A stretch of DNA of 64,000 bases from Candidatus Hermodarchaeota archaeon (GCA_016840065.1 JAEOTB010000037.1:32001-96000); one strand, 5' to 3'; positions 49,801-58,765 are shown, counted from the stretch's first letter. Notes: generated by a model not told the origin, from the sequence alone. Program-made: numbers and translations.

Positions 49801-52279
49801 GTATGCTCTCGGTCAAGTTGGAAAGCAGGAACATCGTGTCTACGGTGTTCGCCAATAAAACGCCGTCAAGGTAGACCTGATAATAGGCAATTCCCGTATT
49901 GTCAGTTCCCTCCCAAATAGCTGACAAACCAGTAGCGCTATAGTACTCACCCTCCAATGGTGATGCTATTACGACATCGGGTAATGTGTTATCTACAACC
50001 ACAATAAGGCTGTGAGTGGCTATCCAACCTACACCATCGGAGGCTATAGCAGCCAGGGTGTGGTTACCATCACACCACTCTTGAGTATCCCAAGGAAACA
50101 GAAAGGGAGGACAGGTCGTTGTGTTGTAGAGGAGAACACCATCAACGGACAGGACAACCCACAACACACCAGAGGGATTGATACCAAAATCATCTGCTGA
50201 TACCTCCACGACAACGGTTTGGCTGAGAATTGTTCCCTCAGAGAGAAAATCCACCGTTACAATGGGTGGTGTGGCGTCAACATGAAGCGTTCGTAACAAG
50301 CTAGCCCAGTTCCCCACCCTATCTACTGCTGTGGTATTCACGGTGTATGTTCCTTCTATTGTGGGTACTGTCCATTCTTGGGTTTGTGAGCCTGTATCAG
50401 TTGTTGAGATCCTGTGATGGTAGTTATTGGGACCTGTGATGGTCAGGTTGGAAGCCGCCAACCCTGCTGGGGGATTGCCCTCATCGGTCTGCTGCCACAC
50501 AAGACTACACAGTTTTCCCGCAGCAACATGAGCAGCATTGGCTGGGGCAGAGAAGGAAAGGAGGGGTGTCGTGCAATCAATCAGATAGATACCGTGAATT
50601 GTTGTTGCACCCACTTCACCAGTTTGGGGGTTTACCGCAAATGCCATCACATCGTACCAGCCCTCCAATACACCAGCAACAACCTCTGTCAAGTAGCCAT
50701 CACCACTCCCATTTACAGGAAGATAGAGATTACCACTTGGTTGTTCATAGACTTGGGTGCCATCACAGATAATTCGATATTTTGCAAAGGTGGGACCTGC
50801 TGCATAGGAGACAGTCACATTGAACTGATCGCCCACAGCCGCATAGGTTTGAGTCGAATCTGCTGTGACACTCCACCCCCCATGTGTTGCCAACCTGTTA
50901 ACCGAGTTTGCGGAAAAAGTCCAAACACCTTCTGCAGGATTATTCACGAATATACTATACGACGCTTCACTGAGCGAAACAGAGCCTGATGGGTTGTTGG
51001 GGCTAGATTGGTAATTACTCCAGCCACAGGGGAGGCTGAGCGAGAAGCTCCCCGGTTGCCACTGGGCACCCGTAACTTGACTACTAAAGGAAATGCCCCA
51101 ATCAGCAAATGAAGCACCACTGATAACGGAAAAGGTGGTGTCGGCGGTACGCTCCCAGCTAGCCTCCATTGATTCGTGGTGATTGAACACCGTCACAGGC
51201 CAATCCGAGGCACCGCTGTCTGAGCGAGTGAAATAATATGAAGTACCAGTACCACTGGCGCAAGTATCTAAAACACTCACATGACCCTTTCCCCAGTCCA
51301 CTCCATTTGACACCGCATACTGCTTGGTGGGATCCGCTTCACTTCTAAGAGCTAGGTCCAGGTCACTGGATCGAAGCTTGTGGAGAGCCCACAGGTTAGC
51401 ATAGTCAAACCGCACCGCACTCCAATGACTACTGAACAGGGTTGAAGCAGTGGTCACCCAGACATTTAGACGAAGCTCAATGGTTGCCGCATGATCCGGT
51501 AGGGCGCTGTCAAAATGCAGGTTAACCTCATCGGTTACCCAGGTGTCCAGCGGCGAAGCCAAATCCATATCATAGGGGGTGGCTGCTAGTACGCTATCGA
51601 CGTAGATTTGGGCGCATATTCGCACCCAGTTTTTGTAGCGAAAGCCAAGGGTTAGTTGGGTGCGGTGGAGGGGGAAGAGTCCGCGTGTGTCGCTGAACCA
51701 GCCCGGCGGCACCAAGAAGCTTTGGCTGAAGTAGCCCTGACAGGTACCCTGGTAGATAATCCAGCCGATGAGGAGGGGTGATTCGATTTCTCCGTAGGAT
51801 ATTCCTTCTTCACTGGCAAAGGAGATTTGGGCGATTCCATCGGTGTGGTTGGTCCAAGGAGTGCCGTGGTCGAAGTGGTAGTCGCTGAGCCATTCGCTGC
51901 GCTGCCCCCATAAATCGCCCACATAGGAGGTGAAGAAATAGTCGAAGTAGGTTCCCTCCGTGGGCGGATCCACTTGGGGACCTATCACTTCCAGCGACGA
52001 GGCTTCGGTCATGTAGCGGTTTGTGGTGGGTGTTGTACAACCTGCTGTAATAGTGCCAGAAAGGGGTGCAGAAGACCCTGAGAAAATATCCACTCCACTT
52101 GTTGGAGGTATCAGTTGTTGTGGGTTTGGATTGGCGATTGGTAGAGTTTGCTGATGGTGAGAAGCTGACTCCCTTAGAGGAGGAGAGTCTGTAGTGAGGT
52201 GGGGGGATTGGGGGAAGGCGCTGATGCTGCCTAGAAAGAGAAGGAGGAGCACGCAGGCGATGGAACCATTCACCTTCAT
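43889..52279 (-). CDS. Giant (2796 aa) secreted/membrane protein with Ig-like repeats, unknown central domain and multi-TM C-terminus
   Basis: Signal peptide; repeated D-x-T-x-P...G.HTL...A.D.AGN Ig-like units; hydrophobic segments near 48200, 46900 and 44640-43900. Confidence 0.8.
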   Translation of the reverse strand: MKVNGSIACVLLLLFLGSISAFPQSPHLTTDSPPLRESASHHQQTLPIANPNPQQLIPPTSGVDIFSGSSAPLSGTITAGCTTPTTNRYMTEASSLEVIGPQVDPPTEGTYFDYFFTSYVGDLWGQRSEWLSDYHFDHGTPWTNHTDGIAQISFASEEGISYGEIESPLLIGWIIYQGTCQGYFSQSFLVPPGWFSDTRGLFPLHRTQLTLGFRYKNWVRICAQIYVDSVLAATPYDMDLASPLDTWVTDEVNLHFDSALPDHAATIELRLNVWVTTASTLFSSHWSAVRFDYANLWALHKLRSSDLDLALRSEADPTKQYAVSNGVDWGKGHVSVLDTCASGTGTSYYFTRSDSGASDWPVTVFNHHESMEASWERTADTTFSVISGASFADWGISFSSQVTGAQWQPGSFSLSLPCGWSNYQSSPNNPSGSVSLSEASYSIFVNNPAEGVWTFSANSVNRLATHGGWSVTADSTQTYAAVGDQFNVTVSYAAGPTFAKYRIICDGTQVYEQPSGNLYLPVNGSGDGYLTEVVAGVLEGWYDVMAFAVNPQTGEVGATTIHGIYLIDCTTPLLSFSAPANAAHVAAGKLCSLVWQQTDEGNPPAGLAASNLTITGPNNYHHRISTTDTGSQTQEWTVPTIEGTYTVNTTAVDRVGNWASLLRTLHVDATPPIVTVDFLSEGTILSQTVVVEVSADDFGINPSGVLWVVLSVDGVLLYNTTTCPPFLFPWDTQEWCDGNHTLAAIASDGVGWIATHSLIVVVDNTLPDVVIASPLEGEYYSATGLSAIWEGTDNTGIAYYQVYLDGVLLANTVDTMFLLSNLTESIHTLTVEAIDLAGNHQSTSNIFTTDATSPTLAITAPLEDSHTSSVNPRIQWSASDTTAGIATFTVYLDGTLAVELDGSYRQYTLTNLTDGSHTILVQAMDRAGNALARSVTFLIDSTAPILEVFLPVTEAGFTENTTLDVVVFVTDRHCETIELFIDGIFSGVAENTNETTFTIAVTAAPHTVLIKATDIAGNVAEYTEAFTVDLENPVVRIDTPTAGTILTGIVEITLFLADANMREAILLLDGEVVLFRLHSSGSHTLTLDTSTLPDGDHILTLIGYDLALRTCQAEQSVTLCNHPPTILTAKLSTLYGNATICDTDTLSVQVTLNATYPDDLLTLTVQLDTDGNSVPESFALSCYGSVWMTSGIIGPLQGMHSYTATVIAKSPAGASSEIIEFCVVATTQLTLSVPADLTTQQTTQITAIVTTSTGQPVAHQLIRFFLEGINGTSLLGEAYTNAEGEATLDWLVSQSLVGVVTLRAEFVGTSLLQAGEAEAKTTILNVFASLDDKQLIGSYILMNGPWIVICLAGLAFVDPKLLLFMFAGLGASLPGDISFLTFHEQLHHHAQTNLDAYAQDLLQFFQALNLSTFQVEPLTTVLGSFLLVGYRTAVDPTKHTVDAARLSLAEMLRLQALQQQLGDDLYYLGEGDLQRWCFDSNPLVEDEFLQSALQSTQLLSVEASPFATTPEYQVGEADWSRVKPYLAPTQVFEGSLSMGWFVPTFLFYGEVVVRGWDLGYESLDKYLENTILAVIHQKQVEVKVAETLAKLARLRDEVALQERIQEARDSLLSTAESMYKDAGSETWNQVGLEAQRLFDELIHYAKIRNLEEASYKLTGLLRLLKLNAGLEDRFGWQVVYDRSVQAILLFEAGYIEEPMYVIKGVAEALNRHSGKPLSLPEVVGELATQYAIKKVTDGQLSFFDPKAILGPAWDFITQCLSVLIEIGKTILMTLGMVLLQAIFGIITAVRNALTNIIFVPLEFLISKLLELPVIGFFLQAFLFGEDETSPPPPGASGTFTTPDYGAEAIYPTTLETFPYVNILDQALKCGRIGIMKEQIQGTIRKTLDKMKGLDWTTVKEIGILIPQIQEILPAMATLVEEGVMIDSQVRGLEKEILNSTPIPVIGSLKLTTEVLIFRHWAGIGDGRYAKGLYWQQASAVYEERMALAPPGQGTKRVYFEEENLGIVRDNFITYTHHKGKTYSTFQVIYRISDNADFQEARRNHGLPVHSDAVVAHIKNALILKPDRSNIDTAELAQQDTSLINHIKNQQGAILILPLNPTITARYKPSQAPTWSNRWIELPTFLIPTRTGFTGVSAKRKSFWCLWDLLNPNNAQIHTHYPGDIEGFSTKTIRGQYLLFAEFYSCIAGVPRGILCDEGPLFQTEAVKEVKRKYQNQLFIAAPPTLQELNPFIQGVLLSMKQRLDVVMKTKWNLFILKPQQNDEMPPKPDEPQLGGLRLVEFECREGHIDPLMGLTTLALTGTQLVNTPAGPVGVTMQLEPTHVKYRHVGLLNQYYGLRRTTRGFGENKLYRLTWSFWTARKNSARDRTWRYGLDDVTRDDLNTLIYFCAVLGVGRICPVPLQSDQEIDRGKTVRSLSIDEKIWSTYKEWGKLSFIYNGKDQTGRWGNPGGWPAIFENLDRTLGNSWQYGSRGGNTYKGGYYSRFYVFDRFVRQKFPSQIILETSYIQMLTGRARDQLTDRLKDYAKNLFFTIKQRVRQLLNPSRWKALLVAITITTAIQSILTSLGINTMDARYTSLAPLLVLIQNFAVVSLTSRALGGGLASTSSASTGSGLTSLFSSLLPLILSAIGTALFIFLTFTINTFLATLTQYGWLIGVVFSIFAIVLQYISGSVFSLGITATSLSATGLLSLVITGFGASLQALGFPFFTLADFAHLIATWILSVLSPIVRDSVVWLWYSVLLPVGKMVCNLTLAGVVKVLLNQVVGQIVRNLLGQILGVLVATVAPMLSPFQALLPL

Positions 52280-52531
52280 TTTAGGTACCCAGTTTGCGAG
52301 CGGATTTTAGTTCCTTTTTATGCGTTACGACCAATTCGGTCTTTACAATTCTCCCTTTTTTCCCTTCAAAAACTAAACAAGTATCGTAAATACCCCCAAT
52401 GATGTGAAGGGTGAGAAGCTAGCTGGAAGGTAGATTTTTAACAATCGTTTTGAATTGACCTGATGGAAGTAGGTAACTCATACTCCGCCTTAATTTACCA
52501 CTACCATCGTAGTGCAATGAGGGAAAGTATC

Positions 52532-54499
52532 ATGAAAATCACGAAACTGAAAATTACAGATTTCAAGGCACTCCGCCATTTCGAGATGGAGGACATCCCT
52601 GACATTGTGGTGCTTGGTGGACCCAATGGTGTTGGCAAGTCAGCTGTTCTCGAAGCTATCAGCTACCTGAAGACTAACCTTGGCCCTTATCACGGAGGTT
52701 TTAGTCGGGATAAATTGAAACAGGTAGTCACGACAAATGCTGAATATGCTGAAATTAATGCAACCTTCCGACTACATCGAGACGAAGTAGAGTATATTCA
52801 AAAAATTCAGCCAATTCCTCTTCCGCTAAGCGGTGATCACGAACTGAGTGGTGCCGTGAGAATCTTTCCAGACGGGAAACCCCAAGTTATTAAACGTGAC
52901 GACCCACTACCCAATCTTCTCGGATTATACGACAGGCATCGCTATCCGCAAATTGGTATCGTCGAGCATCTTGATCCCCACAGACAGTTGCCACCGAAGG
53001 CAATTTCATCTCTGTCCCTCAAAGGATTCGATGACCCAGAGGAGAAACAACGTAGAATTATAAAGACAGACACCAAGTTTGCCTTAACGAAGAACTACCT
53101 AGTTCAACTTGCTACTGCTGATGCATTTTCAGTATTAAGTGCAGTCCAGCAAGGAGAACAAGTGAGTAGTAAAGGGATTCCTGATTCACTCTTGCCTATT
53201 AAAGAGATTTTTGATAACTTGTTAGCACCTAAGAGATTATTGCGTGTCGATTTGGTAGCAGGCCAACCTGCACAGGTTATTGTTGAAACGCCTAATGGTG
53301 AAGTGGACATCGATGCCCTTAGCTCGGGGGAAAAGGAGATTCTCGCAGTATTTACCGAGTTTCACAAGCTCAAACTACAGAACTCAATTGTCTTGTTCGA
53401 TGAACCTGATCTCCACCTTAATCAGGAAATCGAACGACGATTAATCGAGCAATTTAGGAAGAGCGGAAACGGAACGAACCAGTTTTGGATTGCTACTCAC
53501 TCCTTAGCAATTATGGATTCGGTTGAACACGACGAACTATTTCGTTTAGAGAACTACCGTGGAGAAAATCAAGTTGTTCATGTTTTTGAAACAGCAGAGA
53601 AGAGACGGCTCTTCAGACATGTTGCGGGAAGAACAGGGCTTGTGACCCTTGGACGCCGCATCATCTTCGTTGAAGGTGATACCGACCTTGGTCTGCTGAG
53701 AACACTTTATCCCAATCTACAAGGAAAAGTCACCTTTGTACCCAGTGGAGGGGTGAATCCTGTTATGGGTATCCAAAGGCAAATCGTCGACCTATTATCG
53801 ATTGCAAGCCCCTTTACGCATTTCTTTGCCATCCGTGACCGGGATTTTGCCCGTGCGGAAGAGATTCAGAAATGGCAGAAAGATGCAAAAGAAAAACTGT
53901 TCATCTGGTCGAAATATCATCTTGAAAACTTTCTCTTGGATTCATCAGCTATCTTTGGAGTTCTCCAAACACTACTTAGTGAGAGGAATCCCTTTTCATC
54001 ACCAAAAGATGTGGAAGCTAAACTACGGGAAATTGCAGAAAGTGAACAGGAGCGGGTTGTGGTCAAATGGATGCAGTACGAGTTGCGAAGAAAAGTATGC
54101 AGTACAGTATGCAAATCCTCCTTCAATGAGAAGGTCCAAGGAACGCGAAGGACATCAGCCCGCCGTGGTGTAGTACGGAAGCTTAATCCATCAGATCTTG
54201 AAAAGAGTGCAGAGTCTAGACTTGCCAGTATTCTGTCCGAGGTTGAGGAGGTAAAAAGTAGTTTGGGGAAATTAATTGAGGATATCCGTTCTAGCGTTGA
54301 AGCAGCCTTGGCAGGAAATGAGTGGCGGGATGTGTTCCCTGGTCGAGAGATTCTGAAGCAGTTCGTTCAAAAATACGGTCAAGGTATAGCATACAAACAC
54401 TTCAAGAATTTAGTGGCAAATGAAATTCAGCGAAAGGGTATCCCTGAAGAAATTCAAGAGTATCTGAATCATATTATCCAATATGAAGAGGAAGCCTAG
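52532..54499 (+). CDS. ABC-type (AAA_15/AAA_21-like) ATPase fused to TOPRIM/DUF4435-like domain; OLD-family-like nuclease
   Basis: Walker A GPNGVGKS, signature LSSGEKE, Walker B LFDEPDLHL, IATHS, TOPRIM FVEGDTD..IRDRD; the ORF track starts at 52463 but 52532 (MKITKLKITDFK) is the typical start. Confidence 0.8.
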   Translation: MKITKLKITDFKALRHFEMEDIPDIVVLGGPNGVGKSAVLEAISYLKTNLGPYHGGFSRDKLKQVVTTNAEYAEINATFRLHRDEVEYIQKIQPIPLPLSGDHELSGAVRIFPDGKPQVIKRDDPLPNLLGLYDRHRYPQIGIVEHLDPHRQLPPKAISSLSLKGFDDPEEKQRRIIKTDTKFALTKNYLVQLATADAFSVLSAVQQGEQVSSKGIPDSLLPIKEIFDNLLAPKRLLRVDLVAGQPAQVIVETPNGEVDIDALSSGEKEILAVFTEFHKLKLQNSIVLFDEPDLHLNQEIERRLIEQFRKSGNGTNQFWIATHSLAIMDSVEHDELFRLENYRGENQVVHVFETAEKRRLFRHVAGRTGLVTLGRRIIFVEGDTDLGLLRTLYPNLQGKVTFVPSGGVNPVMGIQRQIVDLLSIASPFTHFFAIRDRDFARAEEIQKWQKDAKEKLFIWSKYHLENFLLDSSAIFGVLQTLLSERNPFSSPKDVEAKLREIAESEQERVVVKWMQYELRRKVCSTVCKSSFNEKVQGTRRTSARRGVVRKLNPSDLEKSAESRLASILSEVEEVKSSLGKLIEDIRSSVEAALAGNEWRDVFPGREILKQFVQKYGQGIAYKHFKNLVANEIQRKGIPEEIQEYLNHIIQYEEEA

Positions 54500-54565
54500 T
54501 CGGTATGCAAGTTATTTGGAGAAAAATGGACATATTGTTCAACAATACTAGGAGGGTACAGGTTC

Positions 54566-57436
54566 GTGTCATATGTTGAATCATTGCAGGATGTGTTGAA
54601 GCGAAAGAATAAGACATTGTGGAAGCGTTTGGAGGGTATCCGAGAGAAGGCGGAAGCGGTCCTCCAGTATGTTCATGGACAATTCCCATATTATACACCA
54701 CACGGCATCCACCACAGTTTGGCTGTTGAAGAGATCCTTAATTGGTTGGTACTCGACGAAGTCAAGGACAAGATGGCAGCGGAAGAGCTTTTTTTTCTTA
54801 TTGTAGCAGCTTGGCTACATGATTGGGGTATGGTTAAGGCCCAGGATGAGCCGCTCACACCTGAAGAGGTACGAAATCAGCATCATCTACGAACTGAGAT
54901 GTTTCTCGAACAACTACACACAAAAGTTGGATTAGAACTACGTGAAGCTGAGATTGTGGGGCGTATCTGCCGTGGTCATCGACTTCGGGAGAAATTAGAT
55001 ACTCCGCTCTATGGGGATTTGGATTTTGGGAGTAACATCTTAATTCGTCGCCGTTTTTTAGCTTCATTACTGCGATTAGCTGATGCCTGTGATGTAACAC
55101 ACAGCCGTCTACCAGAGATAATCTATTTCAATATCAGCCCTCAGGGACTTACAGAAGACCATTTCAAGAGGCATCTAACTATCTATGGTGTGGGTCGAGT
55201 TCCAGATGCGCCGCACAAACTTCGTATTAGTGGAGTTGCTCGTGAACCTCGAGGGGCAGCAACTATAGAAGAGATACGCGTTCATATTCAAACAGAACTT
55301 GATAGTGTCAAAGGGTTCCTCGGTCAGCACGGTATTGTGCTCGATGTGGTGGCTGCACAGGTAGATGCCCGAGGGTTCATCAATGAACCAATACGTTTCG
55401 CCCTAGCTTCGGAACGTATTCTTGATTTACTCATTGGTCGAACATTATATGAGAGGGAAGATGTAGCAATACGGGAACTCTTACAGAATGCTATTGACGC
55501 CTGCTACGCTCGTGTAGCTAGTGACCCTAAATTTAGTGTTGAAAATGCACGTATCGAAATCGCAGTAAATCAGTCTCGCGTTGTAATAGAAGATAATGGA
55601 ATTGGGATGACTTTCGATTGGGCAACTAAATATCTCGCACAGATAGGGATAAGTTTCTATGCTTCTGAAGCATTTGAACAACTTGTTCAAGACAAATACG
55701 ATCCTATCAGCAAATTCGGTCTAGGAATTCTTTCATGTTTTCTCCTTGGTAATGAATTAACGATAGAAACTAAAAGAGAAGGGTCAGAGCCTTGCAGGTT
55801 TATCATCCGTAACCTCCAAGAAGGTTGGCTGTATCAACGTGGAACACGAACAACCCCTGGTACACAAATCACACTAGAGCTTAAACCCTCAATCAATGTT
55901 GATCTTGATATATCAATTCTCCATTATGCTCGCTGTGTAGATATCCCTATTTTTCTTAATGGAGAAGCTTTGACACATAACTGGGGGATGCAGTCCCTCG
56001 AATTTATTGAATATTTATCCAAAGAGGAATCCCAAGAAGAGTCTAGAACATATACATTTCAAACGCCATCATTCGACTGCACTTTAGTCGAGATTGATGC
56101 AACAATAGATGGAAAACCTGCAATCCTTATAGCGAATCGAGGTATTTTTGTCGAGCTTTGGAACGGAACTGCCAACAACATGCAAGTGCTCTTGGGTGGG
56201 GTCATTGGTTGGATTAACATAAAGAAGAGCGATATTGTTGAACTATCTGTTTCTCGCGACCGTATCATTTCTATGATACCCATCATTGTTGAACTCGTAA
56301 AACTAGCAGCAAAAGACTGGGTTTCTCGGTGGAAAAGAAAATTACCTCCTCGTGGTTTAGAAGAAATTAGTTACTTTCTAGAAAACGAGTTGGAAGAATC
56401 AGCCTTATCGCTCTTTTTCTGGGAAGAACTTCAGCTTGTGGTACGCCCTGAACAGCTTATGTGTCCCGAATTCAGTAAGTGGATGGACTATGTAGAACCT
56501 CGCATCGATTGCACTACCAGTCCACTTGCTCTATTAGGAGAAAAGGCGTTTAGGAAAGCTGTTGGGAATGAACCATACACGGTTGTGCTAGTCCCTGAAT
56601 TTGCTCCTTTGTCAAGGTCGAGAGCCGATTTGAAATCATTTCGTAGAACTGTTTGGGATGAATCTTATCTGATTAGAAGGATAACAGGGCCTGATATTCA
56701 GATTACAGATTTGTCAAAAAAGGAGTTGTTAACTGGTGTAATTCAAATCCTTGGAATGCTCCCAGAACAGAAGCGCAAACAAATGGGACATATTTCCCTA
56801 CAATTATCTGGAGATATCCCGAAGCCTCCGAGTGAAATTAGTATTGCGGAAATTGTTTCGAGCGTTCTCGATGAATGTGTAGCAGGCAAAGCCCTACCAG
56901 ACTGTATGGCTCCTTCATGGGTTTTATTCGGCGATTACCCCGAAATATTTCATGTAATAGCACCAAGTGAGATAATAATTCAGACACGCCCATTGGTGAT
57001 TCAGATTGGTGACCATACAATCTGTGAAGTTGGTAATGCTAGGATAAAATGTGACCGTGCATACTTGGACTACGATGGAAGGAAGATTTCAGAAATTACC
57101 GCCCCCTACAGGGCAAAACAGATTGCTGGAGATTGGTTGGCTTGCGAATTACTTCCCTCAACAAGCTTCTTAAGAAAGGAACGACTTGACCGGTGGAAGG
57201 CTTTCAAACGCTATGTCACAGAGAAATCCTCCAGTGAACCTAAAGTTGTACCCCCGATATTTCTCCTAGACCAGGGGAGGAAAATCTTCTCACAACTTTG
57301 GGAAAAAAGAGATGAATTAGCTGCTCACGCTCATAATGGAGCGCTTGCGAGACTTTGGTTAGCAGGCTTCATCCTCCACGAGTTCGGTTCTCAAGTACCC
57401 ATCGAAAGAGAAATTCTGAGTTTCTTCTTAGATTGA
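54566..57436 (+). CDS. HD-CE domain plus Hsp90-like (GHKL) ATPase protein
   Basis: YTPHGIHHS..WLHDWGM..HH..ICRGH..LLRLADACD; LYEREDVAIRELLQNAIDAC, IEDNGIGM, ISKFGLGILSCF, GTQITL. Confidence 0.8.
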   Translation: MSYVESLQDVLKRKNKTLWKRLEGIREKAEAVLQYVHGQFPYYTPHGIHHSLAVEEILNWLVLDEVKDKMAAEELFFLIVAAWLHDWGMVKAQDEPLTPEEVRNQHHLRTEMFLEQLHTKVGLELREAEIVGRICRGHRLREKLDTPLYGDLDFGSNILIRRRFLASLLRLADACDVTHSRLPEIIYFNISPQGLTEDHFKRHLTIYGVGRVPDAPHKLRISGVAREPRGAATIEEIRVHIQTELDSVKGFLGQHGIVLDVVAAQVDARGFINEPIRFALASERILDLLIGRTLYEREDVAIRELLQNAIDACYARVASDPKFSVENARIEIAVNQSRVVIEDNGIGMTFDWATKYLAQIGISFYASEAFEQLVQDKYDPISKFGLGILSCFLLGNELTIETKREGSEPCRFIIRNLQEGWLYQRGTRTTPGTQITLELKPSINVDLDISILHYARCVDIPIFLNGEALTHNWGMQSLEFIEYLSKEESQEESRTYTFQTPSFDCTLVEIDATIDGKPAILIANRGIFVELWNGTANNMQVLLGGVIGWINIKKSDIVELSVSRDRIISMIPIIVELVKLAAKDWVSRWKRKLPPRGLEEISYFLENELEESALSLFFWEELQLVVRPEQLMCPEFSKWMDYVEPRIDCTTSPLALLGEKAFRKAVGNEPYTVVLVPEFAPLSRSRADLKSFRRTVWDESYLIRRITGPDIQITDLSKKELLTGVIQILGMLPEQKRKQMGHISLQLSGDIPKPPSEISIAEIVSSVLDECVAGKALPDCMAPSWVLFGDYPEIFHVIAPSEIIIQTRPLVIQIGDHTICEVGNARIKCDRAYLDYDGRKISEITAPYRAKQIAGDWLACELLPSTSFLRKERLDRWKAFKRYVTEKSSSEPKVVPPIFLLDQGRKIFSQLWEKRDELAAHAHNGALARLWLAGFILHEFGSQVPIEREILSFFLD

Positions 57437-57610
57437 GTTCTTTTGAAGCTATACTGCCTGTTTGTCACTAGATATTCTACAGATACCAATCATTGGATTT
57501 TTTGATGATCAAAAGAATTCTGTTTCCTTATTTTTGGCTTGGAGATGATTAGTTATCAAGCGACGAGAACTCTTTTGGCAATAAGCCTAGCTTTGAGAAG
57601 GGGAGGTGTT

Positions 57611-58258
57611 TTAGCGCGCTGAGAGAGCCATGCGTTCCTTTTCTTCGCGGCGTCGCATTGCGCTGCTTCTGGAGTCGCCTGTTGAGGCAGCAATTAACTC
57701 GTCGGCAACAATTTCCTCTACTGGGGTTAAGGTTCCGAAGCATTTGCTCCAGACCGCTTCGGCTAGGAAACGAAGCGCCAAGTCTATTCGGCGGAGCGGT
57801 GCTACATCACAGGCAGTATGATAGCTGATTCCGCCATAACTGATGCGTGTTGTCTCCTCTCTTGGTGCTGCATTTTCTATTGCTTGAACAAGGATTTGGA
57901 TTGGATTTTTACCTGTACGTAGATGGATGATTTCGAAGGCGCTTTGGACGATGAGTATAGCGTGGCTTTTCTTACCCGCGATTAGTCCTGCGTTGCGGCT
58001 TCCTGCGCTGCGGCGACGTGCCCAACCAGGAGTCATGAGCCGGTTTATGAAGCGTTCAACGATTGGGACATGTTGTTTGCCAAATCGACGACGTTCATGT
58101 CGACCATGAGTGTGAGGAACAATGACTGGGCGCAAGCAGATGTATTTAGCAAGGGCAGGATCACTTTTTTCTATGCTACTTGTACCCCATCTATCAAATA
58201 GCTTTATTTCTGCGGAGGTGGACTCTTCGGATGGTTCGGACGTGGGATCTGTGGACAT
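57611..58258 (-). CDS. rps7: 30S ribosomal protein S7
   Basis: LFDRW, PHTHGRH, VPIVERFIN, NPIQILVQAIENAAPREET, EKERMALSAR. Confidence 0.97.
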   Translation of the reverse strand: MSTDPTSEPSEESTSAEIKLFDRWGTSSIEKSDPALAKYICLRPVIVPHTHGRHERRRFGKQHVPIVERFINRLMTPGWARRRSAGSRNAGLIAGKKSHAILIVQSAFEIIHLRTGKNPIQILVQAIENAAPREETTRISYGGISYHTACDVAPLRRIDLALRFLAEAVWSKCFGTLTPVEEIVADELIAASTGDSRSSAMRRREEKERMALSAR

Positions 58259-58275
58259 GTGATTTCAGCACCTCG

Positions 58276-58719
58276 TTAACGTTGGGGTTTTTCGACCTTG
58301 CCAATAATCATTGCTTCTAAGGAAGCACCATTGCACTTTATTACTTTCCAACGAACTCCAGGAAGGTCACCAGAAGCCCGGCCTCGGGCGCCGCCGATGC
58401 CTTCGATGATTACTTCGTCGTGTTCGTCAACATAATTGAGTGCGCCGTCGCCTGGTAGGAAGGCTGTGATTTGGCGACCGTTACGGACGAGTTGGACACG
58501 AACACATTTACGGATGGCTGAGTTGGGTTGTTTGGATTCAATTCCAACCTTTTCGAGAACAATGGCGCGGGCTTGTGGGCATCCCTCGAGAGGGTCAGCG
58601 CTGACATCTAGGCGTAGCATTCGTCGCTTGTAGTAGCGTTCTTTCCAGCGAAACTTCTTCCGTTTCTTTCGAAGTTTACGACCAGCAAATTCACCTTTGG
58701 GGGCTTTTGAGCCTGGCAT
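58276..58719 (-). CDS. rps12: 30S ribosomal protein S12
   Basis: [37 protein letters not shown]. Confidence 0.98.
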   Translation of the reverse strand: MPGSKAPKGEFAGRKLRKKRKKFRWKERYYKRRMLRLDVSADPLEGCPQARAIVLEKVGIESKQPNSAIRKCVRVQLVRNGRQITAFLPGDGALNYVDEHDEVIIEGIGGARGRASGDLPGVRWKVIKCNGASLEAMIIGKVEKPQR

Positions 58720-58765
58720 ATTCTCTTTACCTCAATTGTTTTGGGCGCTGGCGATTTCGTAGAAG

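Larger units (their letters stand above)
43849..57581. mobile_element. Accessory island between rps7 and tuf, bounded by a 14-bp direct repeat
   Basis: AACTCTTTTGGCAA at 43849-43862 and 57568-57581; interrupts the conserved rps12-rps7-tuf-rps10 order; accessory-type cargo; no integrase or transposase seen. Confidence 0.5.

Noticed and set aside
54070-54180. AGTATGCA repeat and odd basic stretch in the ATPase-TOPRIM gene
   Set aside because: In frame and no BHB found; at most a micro-duplication
43889-57436. Island as a provirus or transposon
   Set aside because: No integrase, transposase, capsid, terminase or replication gene is recognisable
57985-58015. Apparent insertion in S7 (RSAGSRNAG, 15-nt near-duplication)
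   Set aside because: In frame, no BHB fold, and it lies in a loop of variable length in archaeal S7
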